Source of the DNA: Carpediemonas membranifera BICM
Lineage: Eukaryota > Protista > Fornicata
Assembly: GCA_019828565.1 (NCBI GenBank)
Contig: JAHDYR010000038.1
Span: forward strand, 14,635 to 78,634
Length of the DNA stretch: 64,000 bases
Direction of reading: 5' to 3'
Shown here: in pieces, positions 42,489-53,944 of the stretch
How the letters are laid out: each line of letters opens with the position of its first letter
Position numbering within the stretch: position 1 is the stretch's first letter
Translations under genes and position numbers: made by a program
The notes under the pieces: model-generated
Database searches by the model: none
What the model was told of the DNA's origin: nothing
What the model saw: the letters and a program-made list of their open reading frames with translations, nothing else

Positions 42489-45026
42489 ATGGTTGCTCAT
42501 ATTGTGTTCGAGAGCCACATCGGTACAATATATGATGACCAGCCACGCTCAGTTGAGCGCATGAATTACCTTCTTGGCTGTACCTACTTCGCCATGGTCG
42601 GAATTGGCCTCAACTCCGCCAGGACAAGACCTCAGCGCGAGCAATTCTGCCAGCTCGTCCGCGAGATGGAGGAGGCTGACCTGATCTCCCAGCGCATTCA
42701 CGACGCAAGGTTCTTCCGCCCTCCAGCAGACTCCCGTCCCTTCCAACGTGCCGCAACCGCACACGGAAATCAACACCCTCCTCACCCTGTCTTCGTACGG
42801 GACGATTACCGCACCCACGCCATCCAGGAGCGTGCTTTGCAGGACTACAACGACTCAGAGGAGCGCTCCGCCAACTTTTCTGAGATCATGGAGCTCACAT
42901 CGATCCTGATGTACGTCCGCAATGGCTTCAACTCGACCCAAGAGCTCTTTAAGCTCATCAACAACATCTCCCGCCGGCTTGGAAAGCCGATCTCGAAGAA
43001 CAAGACCGCGGAGGTGCTCATTAAGGACCTTGGCATTGACATGACCAGAATATCTGGTGTCTCAGAGGCCCTCACTGAGGAGGAGCGCGCCTTCGTCAAG
43101 CATCTCGTGCCGTGCAGGTCGGTCTCAGGCAATACAACATGGCGGCGTACCATGTCCGGCACGCAGTCGCGACTTGAGCTCACGAACCGTTTGACTGTAG
43201 CCGACGGAGCCGAGCCGACTCCGTTTTTTCGACCACGACCTCGTCGCCGACCACACTTGGGAGCGACCGACGCTCACCCTCCACTATGACAGCGAATCCG
43301 ACGCTGTCCAGCACTACCAGTCCCTCAAAGGCAGTGTAGGTATCGCCCATCTGGGCAAGCGACTGAACAGCTCGACCTGGGACAAGGTGGAAACGGTGTG
43401 GTTCGATGGCGTGTACTATCTGCAGCAGGCAGTGCTTCACCCGGAGTGGCTCGAGTCTGACCAGACGAACTTCGAGCGTTGCTCTCGTGCCCTTCAGGAC
43501 CCAGGCCATGTCGAGTTCCAACCACTAAAACTACTCCTGTGGCTCGACGCATGGAAGGGACATACCGCAACGTTCAAGATCCGCATCTACGACCCGTCAG
43601 GCTTCACGTTCCCTAACCGCATCACTCCCCCTTCCGACTCGTTGAGTGTCTTGCCGGTGAGAAGGAGCTGACGGAGGAGGGAAACCTTCAACTCGTTGAG
43701 GAAGAAGTCGAGCGGATCTATCAAGCCCTCATACCGATCAGAGGAACTGACCAGGTCACCACCTTCGACCAAGTCATCGTCATGGGCGATCACGCGGCCA
43801 TCAGGAAGCTGTCATCCGGCATCGAGGGTAATGGAGGGCACTATCCCCAGCCCTTCAACAGCATCCGTCGAGACCACAAGGCGCTGCACCCCATTCCGGC
43901 GCACTCTCGGGTCACCTTGCATGATTTGCTCGAGCAGAAGGCAGCGTTCCACGCCGTGCAGGCCGACCCCGACCGTGTGCAGGACCCGAAAGAGGAGTAT
44001 GGCAACTTCTCCGACAAGAGGGCCATCTTCGAGAACCGGCCAGAGCCCCGAGTCATCCACACGGAGCGAGTTGTCTTTTGTCCTCCGATCATGCACAACT
44101 CGCACCGCCTGCTCGAGCAAGTGGCACGGCTATGCGCCAGCTTCCCCGCTGATCGGAACGCAACTGCCGTAGACAAGCGCAAGCTCCAGCGCATGTCATC
44201 CAACCGCAGTATTGACCGCACTGTCGGGTGCAACGAGCAGTCTGCTGCCAGAGTTCGCATGGCGAACACCACGAACGAGGATTACGAGGCTCTTCCTGAG
44301 TCCGTCCAAGATATTGTGCGACTCATTGGCTATCTCCAGGCTCTTTACTACTCAACCGAGCCTGTCACCGACAGCAAAGTCGCATTCCACTTCTTGGCCG
44401 CGTCCATGTGCCACCTGTTCCACGTCATGCTCAGTCTGCAGGCACACCAGACAAAGCTGGCGTTGCTCCCTCCTGGGCAAGCAGACAAGGCGGAGAAGCC
44501 ATGTGCCCAGACACTCTATGTCAACAGCAGGCTCACTGCCCAGCCTCTTCTTCACGATCATCTCCGCATTCCTCTTTTTTTACCTCCTCGAGGAGTTCTT
44601 TGAGAGAGAGTTCATCAAGAACCAGGAGGTCCGAGCCGAGTTGCACAGGTCGGCCATGATCGAGAAGCTGTGTTTGACCGAGCAGACCACCCTCATCTGC
44701 ACGTTCTTAACGGGTATTCGCTCGTTCGGTCGCCAGGACTACTCAGTCCCCCGCTGAACAGGCTTCGTCGTGTCCGAGTCCACCAATGCTGCAGACAAGC
44801 TCGCTCATGGTTCGCCATTCGCAGCCACATGGAGGCAAGGCACCAATTCCATGCCACGGCGGCGGTGGTGCGCCTCTTCCAGGAGCTCGTTGACGAGATG
44901 TGGCAGTACGTCAACGATTATACGGCTTTGGCATGGGACGAAGAGTCTGGGGTGATGGTTTGCGAGTTGGCAGACATGGGTGAGGAGCTTGTTTGCTGCA
45001 TTTGCGGTCATGCACGCGCTGAGTAG
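42489..45026 (+). CDS. RAG1/Transib-like DDE transposase (reconstructed across ~4 homopolymer frameshifts near 43228, 43630, 44578 and 44750)
   Basis: LLLWLDAW (D1); VMGDHAAIRKLSSGIEGNGGHYP (D2; cf. RAG1 [20 protein letters not shown]); PPIMH (cf. IDALH); YLLEEFFE (E; cf. Transib LSEEAQE). Confidence 0.75.
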
Positions 45027-45149
45027 TGAGTAAAGGAGTTTTATTGGTCAGTACATCCCATTTGGTGTGTTTCCCCAACTACCAATTTTTTTTTTCAACA
45101 TTGGTAGTTTCACAATTTTCACATTACGTCACTTGTTTGGTGAAAAACA

Positions 45150-46074
45150 ATGGAAACGCCACTTCCGACATGGCTGACGATGAATTTATCGCAACACAAG
45201 GCCTATATTCAATATGTCAAGCTTTCAGACAAGTCTGAGCTCTTGCCGTCTGTCAGGGCCTTCTTCAACAGAGATCTGGCGACTTCGAACCTCGACTGTC
45301 TGAACTACTCATTCGTCATGTATGTCAGACCCACTACACTTCTTGTTAACACAGTCTCATCGCAATTCGTGGGGTTGAGATGGACAACATCAAGGCTGCA
45401 TGCCTTCTCTTCCGCGAGTCGTACAGGGAGGGGCAGACCCTGAGCGGACAACTGCACCAGGAGCGGTTTGTCATCGGCTTACGGACAGCCGTCTCCTGCA
45501 GAGGTCTTGGGTTCGCGAGGGTGCTTCTTAGCATAGCATCTGCCGAAGAACTCGTCCGACTGCAGTGCGACAAGCGACTCCAGGACATGTATGCGTCCTT
45601 TGGCCTCAAGGAGTCATCGGACCCGTCGCAGGTCGAGCAGCTGGTGGACACGGGGGCAACCCACTTGCCATTGTCACGATGGAGGGCACGATGGGTCCCA
45701 ACAAGTGGACCAACCTCGGCAAGAGCCTGACAGAGTGCTGTGGGATGATAATGCAAGGCTCTACGTTGATCCGCGTGACCAACCATGGTAATAGACTTGA
45801 TCAGCACGCTCATGGGATGCCTGCTTCCGACAAGAGGAGTGTTGACTCGTTCGTGGAACGCACCCGTGTGTCCGTGCGCCGTGAACGTGCGGCAAAACGG
45901 CCTAACGTCACCCGAATCAGGCAGAAGTTGATGATTATCCGCCATTACAACCTTCGTTCTTTCACGCTGGTCAAAGAGATCAAGGAAACGAGGACCGAGA
46001 TGCGTAAGGAGAAGAAAGCCAACTTCTGGGACAGTGAATGGAATATTTCCGTTGAGGATGACGAAGAAGTGTAA
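45150..46074 (+). CDS. GNAT-family acetyltransferase; 35-nt intron at 45320-45354 and a frameshift in a G-run near 45655
   Basis: Acetyl-CoA motif A LRTAVSCRGLGFARVLL followed by MYASFGL. Confidence 0.7.
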
Positions 46075-46099
46075 AATGAAATGAAAATAAAACAAGAAT

Positions 46100-46863
46100 T
46101 TATAGCTCCTGTGCCGAACACTCTAAGTAGTAATTCATGATGGCTTGGTATACCTTGCGACGCAGCACATCACGCGATTCAGCCTCAGCACGTTCCGCAT
46201 TCCGCTTGGCAATGACAGAAGTGAGCTGACTGAGTGTCTTAGCCTCCTTCTTCAGAACTCTGGTGGGTCTGGCGAAGATGAGATCCGCGTCGCGGTCACG
46301 GCAAGGCTTGCTCAGGACGAGCTTGACGTCATCGACCGTCACACCGCACGATGAAGCAGCGAAGGCATGGACCTTAGCCCGGTAGGCGATGGGAATGCGG
46401 TGAAAGGCATCATCCATCTCGCGGACAGTCGCGATGAGTGGGTCGTCCGTGTCCAGCTCATCTGTCTGGGCGTCAAGACTGAGGAGAGCCTTGAAGCGGT
46501 GACGCTTGTCCTCATCACCGCCTCCCCTGCCACTTGCGGCTGATCTCTTCGACCGACTGGAGATTGCCGTAGAGCTTGTCCTTCTTCAAGGAGGCTACTT
46601 TCATCTTAGGGACCTCGGCGGCAAACTTCTGGCTGAAGTCGACAACCCATCCGTTTGCGCGGGTAATATCGTCATTATTAAGGAGGAAATTGCTGATAAA
46701 GGTCTGAACGATCTCGATGGGCGTCTTGTGAGCTTTTTCGGGCTGTTTTCGTGGACTTGTTGGACTTGCTCTGGCTCTTTTGCTGCGCTTTCTTGCCAAG
46801 AGCCATTCTCCTCTCCTTTTGAGCTTCAGTGGCCTGTATATTGCCTTGTTTACTTCTTGCCAT
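46100..46863 (-). CDS. Basic protein with a histone-H3-tail-like N-terminus (two homopolymer frameshifts)
   Basis: Starts MARSKQ and contains KTARK; three overlapping ORF pieces join at A- and G-runs. Confidence 0.55.
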
Positions 46864-47279
46864 CGTTGTTTCCTTAAAATGCGTGTGAAAATGTGAAATG
46901 AACTGTGACTCTCGACATTGCTGCGCAGCTATGGTATTCCAACGGCACAGAACGGGTTTATAGCATGCATATGATCCATTCTGATGCCTTTATCCTCTAT
47001 AACCAACATCAGTCCATCAAAATGAATCTTGCAACAGAATACTCATCCACACGCATCGAGAACGAAAAAGAAGCATATAACCAACATCAACAACCTAATA
47101 GAAGGCTGCATGCAAGCGTAGAGCTCTCCTAGTCAATTCTTCATTTTCACCACCATCGATCTCCACGTCAGGATGAAACCGTGCGCCCAAAAGCTCAGAG
47201 ATGCCGTTATAGATGATATAACGACGTCTCTGAGCTTTTCAGCGATTTCAGTTTCTGGCCATGGATAAGCTACAAATCC

Positions 47280-47344
47280 TGTCAATGTTGTCCTCAGAGG
47301 ACACTGAAAAATTTAATCTGTGTCCTCTGAGGACCAAATTGACA
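47280..47344. promoter_or_regulatory. Long inverted repeat (possible cruciform) in a divergent intergenic region
   Basis: GTCCTCAGAGGACAC / GTGTCCTCTGAGGAC perfect 15-bp arms plus outer TGTCAAT/ATTGACA; function is inferred. Confidence 0.6.
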
Positions 47345-47543
47345 AAATCGAAAATGGAGCGATGAGATGTCCATCGAAAAACGGCCAAAAACAGCGCAGG
47401 TGCAGAATGAGCTGAAAATCGGCCAAGGGGTAGCTCTTGGGTCTTTATGGCTGATCGGAGGTATTTACATGACAGCTGGCAATATTTATTGAGATAAAAC
47501 GTATTTCATTTTTCGAGAAAGTCTTCTGAGGACCAAATTGACA

Positions 47544-49721
47544 ATGGTTAACGAAGACATCATCTCTCTCGGCAAACTGAAGGAGACAATGCTTGCTCCT
47601 GACGATTCTGGTATGTCACTTTCATTTTCACGGTCCAATTTACACAGATGATTCATTCCGTGCATACGACGCCCTTTCGTCCACAAAGAGCCGTATAACC
47701 TGGCTGCAAGATCACGGCATCGTCTCTGATGACCCTCTGTTCTTCGTTTGCGTCCGTCTGATCAGCATTCGTACGATCAACGTTGTTTTTCGGGTTCCCG
47801 TTGAAGCGCACTTTAAGCCAGCACGTTCACGACTATGGAGTTGCCAAACTACGCGCGATATGTGACGCAACTAACCGCAACTACCTCTGCGAGGTCGACT
47901 TTGACTCTCCCGACACAATTGAGGCATTCCGACGGAAGTTTTGTGACCACTTCACCGCCAAATCTGTTCATAAGGCTCTAGTCGGCGTCGACTCGCTCCC
48001 CTGTTGAGAAGCAGGTTGAGATTTACCGCGCATTCCACCTTGTGTTGCGCCACAAGGACTCGAAGAAACTCGATTCTCGTGTTCCGGCAGGCCAATTTGG
48101 CCAGTTTATCGCCCACGCCCAGCTCAGCAAGAAGCTGTCCTTCGCTGGCTCAGAGAAGCTGGCCGAGGAGTTGGCTAAGATCGGTTCGCTCGATCCGTCA
48201 GCTCCTCTGAAGAGGAAGATCGCTCGTCTTGAGAAGGAGCTCGCCTCATCGACTGCTGCTCTGATGAAGGTCCAAGAGGAGTTAGTCCGGGCCCAGGATC
48301 GCTCAGCAGCAGCCACCAAGCCTTCTTCCGTCGTTGCTGCCCCTCAGCCGCTTCCGGTTGTCGACGCAGAGTCCACGACACACGATGAATTTTCCGACAC
48401 TGACGAGTCCGAGTCCGATGGCCACTCTGAACCGGCCGCCATGCAGGGTGACGGCGTTCCTTTGCCACAGTCTGATCAAGACGTCGACGTAGAGTCCGAT
48501 GTGGACGACACAGACACCGTTGGTTCTCTCCTTCAGCAGCTAGACGACACCATTGCAGGCCTTGATGATGTCCCTGAGTCTGTGCGCTTGTTGGAGCAGT
48601 ACGAGCCCTTGATAAAACGGCTTGCTGAGGAGAGGGAGGCGAGGGAGGCGCTTGAACAGGCTAACAGAGAGTCTGAGGAGTCCCAGAAGAGACTTGAAGC
48701 TGAGTTAGGTCAGCAGAAGGCCGAGGATCAGGCGATCCATCAGTTTACTCAAGCAGAGTTGGCACGCGCGAGTGAGGCTGGGCTTGAAGCGCTCGCCGAT
48801 GAACTCGAGGACAACTGGGCTGAGCTTGTCAGGCGCGCCGAGGAGGCAACAGTGGAGCTTGACCGCTACGTTCCTCTCGCTGCCTTGATGGTACTGTTCC
48901 AGAGGAACAATGTGACTGGAGCCTTATGGACTCGGATCAATAGCACCATGATGAGGTACGGGGGCCAGAAGTTCATAACGGTCCCACCCCTCGACCTCGG
49001 TCTGTCGCCAGAGATGAAGGCTATCATCAAACAGCACTCTCCGACGCCTGCCAATGTTCCCCCTATGCAGATATACTTACGGAGCGACGTTGATAGGCAG
49101 AAGTACATCGACGTGGAGTACGACAAGGTAGGCGAGCGAGTTCTCAAAGATCGTAAGAGTTGGCGGAAGATTGCAGTCAACCCGGATGGATTGTGCATCG
49201 GCTACTGCCTGCAGAAGGTTGAGAATGGCGAGTTCGACAAGAAGTTTGCGGCAGAGGAAGTGGCAGCAGTGAGGGAGGAGGTGCGCGCCTGGGGATTCTC
49301 CGATGCTGGCGAGAGGCTGAGGCTTGAGACGTCTAACGTGTTCGTGCCCACCCTGATGTTCGACGATGCCACTGATTGGTACAGCAACTTTGGTGTCATG
49401 GCCTGGTCAGCTCTGAAGAGCAAGACTGTAGTCGTTATCTGGGTCAAGATGTTGACGTACCATGACAAGTATATTGTGCGGATGCATTTGACGGAAGTTT
49501 ATGAGTCCGGCATGGTCCGGCGTGGATCTGATGAAGATGTGGCTGCGGCGCAAGCTATTGTGGTCGTCAAGGATGAGCATGCGACGCTATTTGTCCGCAA
49601 ACGTTCAAAGGGTGGTAAGAGAAAGGCTCATACGACTTATATCAAGCGCAAGGCAGTCGATAAGGATCGCGAAAAGAGAGTTGTTGATGCCGAGGACGTT
49701 AAGCGTGGAGTTCCCGAGTAA
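47544..49721 (+). CDS. Coiled-coil/acidic protein with a C-terminal OTU-like cysteine protease; intron at 47611-47647 and two homopolymer frameshifts
   Basis: IAVNPDGLCIGYCL (D-G-x-C), VREEV, DW, VVKDEHATLF (His). Confidence 0.68.
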
Positions 49722-49746
49722 AAAAGAGATGTTTTGACATTTTAAT

Positions 49747-50555
49747 TCATTTCTTCCGCTTCTTGAGTGCCGGATACTGCTCCAGGAACCTTGTGAGATA
49801 GTTCGGATGAGAAATGGGCAGACTCGGGAACCTAGCAATGGTTAAGACCTCACCCGCATCAAAGAAGATCTCGCCGTAACTGATACGAAGAAACTCTTCG
49901 GCCTGAATGACGTTCGTCGACTCAACCGCAAGGACTGGAAGGTCCTTGAGCAAACGGTTGGTGAACTGGCAGTTGGTGTCACTCTCACTGTGGTTGATGA
50001 GGTGTACACCAATGCCTTCACCTTCGCCGGCGTCGACGTGAAGGTTGCTAGCGTCGAATGAAATGCTGTGTAAATGCATAATGAACAATGAACAAACACC
50101 ATGTTGCTGTTATTCGCGTGGTAGTCCTCGTCGGACACAATCCTACCGGCGTAAATGCCGAGGAGCTTTCCGGGCTCAATTGCGGCAGTTGCAATGAGGC
50201 CTCTACCCACGTCCGTGTGGTCGGGAGCCAGACAAGGCTGCACCTCAACGGCAATGGAGGGGTGGGTCAGCCGGGTGGATAACCAACTCGGGGGTTCGAG
50301 GGGAGGAAGGTCCTTCTCGGCCTCCTTAAGCTCCCTGATCGACTCCTCGGGAGTGTTTGGGTAGATCGCGGCGACCAGATCCGGATGCAGTGCCTGAGTA
50401 TGCACAACGGATTCAATGATGGAATCTTCGCTTGAGGAATCCTCCTGAGAATCATTTGAAGGCGCAGACGGCGGCGTCTTGCCCGCAGTGGACGTAATGG
50501 GTATTCTGATACCCCCAGGCTGCGGCTTTGGTGGGAGCGCCTTTCTTCTCGCCAT
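49747..50555 (-). CDS. SET-domain methyltransferase 1; 32-nt intron at 50066-50097
   Basis: VGRGLIATAAIEPGKLLGIYAGRI; HLINHS; EFLRISYGEIFF. Confidence 0.85.
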
Positions 50556-50739
50556 CTGATTTTTTTTGCAAACGGACACGCGGTATTTCTCGGGATTGAT
50601 GGGGCCTTCTCACACCGTAAAGGACACACATACAATATCTTATCTGTAACACCAGAATGCTTGCTTATTGTGGTCCATATCCTTCCCTATAGCTGGTTCG
50701 GCCAACTACCAGTGTTGGAAAAAAAGTGGTAGTTGCCAA

Positions 50740-51765
50740 ATGGAGAGGAAATTTGGCAAATTCGGTACCAGACGCATCAGCGACCATCCTCTCACGTATG
50801 AATGCGTCTGTGGAATCACTAGGCCGCGTTCTGACCTTCGCAACCAGGGCCTGAAGGAATATGACGGAATCAGGTACACGCATGACTGCCCCTTCACCCT
50901 GAGCAAGCTTGTGAACCGCCGCATCGTTATCCTGCTCGAGCCAGTCCATGGCTTCGAAGCACCTACTTGTGCGAACCCGGTCTTCACTGTCACCGGGCTT
51001 GCTGGCTCCGAGGGGTACCACAAGCGCATGAAGGCCATCCTCGATCTCGTCAGCGACGAGTGGCTCACCACGGTTGCCGTCAGTTTCGTCTCGACGACCC
51101 ACCTCGGCTCCATACTGCAACAGTTGGCTGCAGAATTCGCCAATTTCGAGACATTCTGGGTTGTTTCTGGCCACAGCGAGACCACAACGTCGAGAATGAT
51201 CGTTAATGCGAGCGCTAACGAGTTCCTGTACCTTCACGATATCGTACAGATGATCCTCTTCGCTTTCCGTGAGCCATCCCTCGTCACCACCAGCCGGGTT
51301 CGGCTCATCTACTTCGCCACCTGTACCGGAGCGGACAATAGCGAGTTCTCTCTGCTTAAGCAGTCCATTTCGACCCAGGCATACGAGCATACGTGCATCA
51401 TTCTCACTCCGGAGAAAATGCTTGCCAACGAACTCGTCCTGCAGGACTGCTTTTGGCTCTACCGCACTACATGCATGGACAACCCGCTCCACTTCGTCTC
51501 GCGTTACTTCTCCGGCTATGGGCTCGCACCTGGCACAGCAGGGAGACGGGTTATCGCGAATGGATCAATGTCCATAACCCCGGGCGCGATTGAGATCCTC
51601 ACAGCCACTCAGTTCCGCACGCCAATCCCTCTTCCCGAGATGGTCGACCTTGTTTCTGAGGTACTTGCATATAGACCACTGCAGAGATCTCCGGCGGATG
51701 TTATGGCCTCGCGCTACATTACTGAGATGACAGTTGCGCACAGAGCGGCACTGGAAGACACTTAA
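50740..51765 (+). CDS. Clan CD (CHAT/caspase/separase-like) cysteine peptidase
   Basis: WVVSGHS ... VRLIYFATCTG His-Cys dyad after hydrophobic strands; N-terminal CxC...HxC. Confidence 0.58.
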   Translation: MERKFGKFGTRRISDHPLTYECVCGITRPRSDLRNQGLKEYDGIRYTHDCPFTLSKLVNRRIVILLEPVHGFEAPTCANPVFTVTGLAGSEGYHKRMKAILDLVSDEWLTTVAVSFVSTTHLGSILQQLAAEFANFETFWVVSGHSETTTSRMIVNASANEFLYLHDIVQMILFAFREPSLVTTSRVRLIYFATCTGADNSEFSLLKQSISTQAYEHTCIILTPEKMLANELVLQDCFWLYRTTCMDNPLHFVSRYFSGYGLAPGTAGRRVIANGSMSITPGAIEILTATQFRTPIPLPEMVDLVSEVLAYRPLQRSPADVMASRYITEMTVAHRAALEDT

Positions 51766-51788
51766 AGTTCAAAATCTCCCTATTTAAC

Positions 51789-53009
51789 TTACTCAATTGG
51801 CTTCATATCCGCCACCTTCTGGTAGACAGTCATACACTGGTCGCAGAACCTGACACGATAGTCCTGGCCGTCGAGATGGAACTCAGCATAGCTGAAGTGT
51901 TTCTCTTCGCAGAACCAGTTTAGGCACGCCCGGCAGACGCCAGTGTCCTTTGTCGACTTGTCTCCGTCCTTGATACACGCGTGACATCTGTTAGACCTTC
52001 CTGCCAGACTGCAAGCTGCGCAAACCTTTCTGTTCTTACCATCAATCCTCTTCTCTCTGACACACTGAAGATGCATGAACTGATGGCAGAGATAGCACGT
52101 TTCATACTCGTTTCTTTTCATGTTTGGGTTGAAGTACCATTCAGGTGAGGCACAAACAGCGCATGCGAACAGTAACTTACGCTGATATAGCTTCAGAAAC
52201 GTCGCTTGCTTGAGGGCGGGGACCTTATCGTTCATTTCAACGGCCTTGGGTGACTGCTTGAGGAGATCAGTGACAGTTGTGGAGAGTGAAGCCGTCACCA
52301 TCGCGGCAACCTCCTTCAAGTCAGCCTCTTCGAGCCTCGATCGCTTCTGAGCAGGCTCATGCATCTGCGCATCAAAATTAAGCTTCTTGACGGGGGAATC
52401 AGGCTTGATGGTAGCCAAGTCAGCTCTTTTTCTGAGCTTTGGTACCAATGTTGTCACTGGAGTCTTTGTGGGTGTCTCTGCGGGTGTTTCTGCTGGGGTA
52501 CGTGGCTCAGGCTGGAGCTTGCGATGCTTGATCCTGATTACAACGGCTGGAGGCCATTGAATGCCGGTGCAAGTGATCAGACTGGAGACATCGTGGAGTC
52601 CAAGTCCCCGAAACAGCACAGACATCCTGTTTCTAAACTCCTGCAAGTGTTCAGCTGCATTTGCTCTGTCTCTGACAACCAGGTAGGGTATCTTTGTGCC
52701 AATGAGCTCTGTGCCACCCTTTCTACTTGCCACAAATGCCTGAATGGGCTCAGTAGTCGTGCGCCTGACGGAGTTTGCAATAGCAATCTTGCGAAAGCCG
52801 TTGCAGAGGCCCGATATCACATCCTGCATGCCAAGGAGAGCGCGATGAACGTCAGAGGTCGTCAGACCGATAGTTGGGATGTCCGCGACGTCGAAAAAGC
52901 ATTCCAGGAAGCTAGTCACGAACAGCCGGCGGTACTCTGTTCTCTTATCCGATCCGCAAGACGTGCCCTGCGAAATCTCAGCTTTCTTCGCAGTTTCACT
53001 GGTCGTCAT
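51789..53009 (-). CDS. PHD-finger-like protein with a second finger; paralog of 40307-41449
   Basis: CAVC...CYLC..FMHLQC...CAAC; CHAC...CRACLNWFC..H...CDQC. Confidence 0.75.
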   Translation of the reverse strand: MTTSETAKKAEISQGTSCGSDKRTEYRRLFVTSFLECFFDVADIPTIGLTTSDVHRALLGMQDVISGLCNGFRKIAIANSVRRTTTEPIQAFVASRKGGTELIGTKIPYLVVRDRANAAEHLQEFRNRMSVLFRGLGLHDVSSLITCTGIQWPPAVVIRIKHRKLQPEPRTPAETPAETPTKTPVTTLVPKLRKRADLATIKPDSPVKKLNFDAQMHEPAQKRSRLEEADLKEVAAMVTASLSTTVTDLLKQSPKAVEMNDKVPALKQATFLKLYQRKLLFACAVCASPEWYFNPNMKRNEYETCYLCHQFMHLQCVREKRIDGKNRKVCAACSLAGRSNRCHACIKDGDKSTKDTGVCRACLNWFCEEKHFSYAEFHLDGQDYRVRFCDQCMTVYQKVADMKPIE

Positions 53010-53944
53010 ATTCTCATCTTAAACTGCGCAGGTGTTGACGACAATGTTCCGGTTATCCACGAACGAAAGGCTTAATCATATGACCAGTTGCCTCCATGAA
53101 GTCGGCAAGATACAAGATTCTGTTCGAGAAATACGAAATCACATCACTGGGCTGAATTGCGAGGGTTTGGTGAATGAGAGGCTGAATGACACACAACACG
53201 TTCTGGAAGAGATAGGAGATATGTTTATAGATGTAATACAGCAACTTAAAGACCACTAACACGTTATTATCACTTTGAATAAGCAATGAATGGTTATGCA
53301 ACATCAGCACCTACCTACGAATCACAAGAATGCCCCTAGCACGTCGTATGCAAGCAAAAATGAGACTTACCCGTACCTTCCGCACGTTTCTCTACGTTTC
53401 ACCAACGTTGGTGAAACGTGTGAAATAGTGAAAAAGATACGGGTGAATCTCATTTTTTCTTGCAGTTTCTTGTGCAAAAGGGTGTTTATCCTCCGTATAT
53501 CCCCGGATTAACTGGCCATTCTAACAGTATGATTACAGAGCCATTGACACTCGCGGATGACGAGGCTCGTGATGATGTCAGTATCCGCGAGGAGGTGAGT
53601 GATGAGGAGGATGACCAAGAGTGATAAGTGGAATAAAATGAACGAATGACTGATGCGGCACATTCTGTTTACGCTATACGACGATTTTAGAGAGCGCCAG
53701 AGAGGTGCTGCAGGGAGAGAGCTTGTGCTTGCGTATCCTGAGGGATGCGGGATGGGAGGGGCCGACGTAATTGGCCAATCCACGTTTGTGGATCACCTGG
53801 TGTCGTCCATACCGGGCGTCTCTCCGCCACAGGCTGTGTTGCTGCGCATGGAAAGCAGTGTTAACTGTGTTCTATTGCACGATAGCACGGGGTTATTGAC
53901 TGATGCGGCACCTACCTTAAATTGCTCGTCATCCACAGTTGTGG

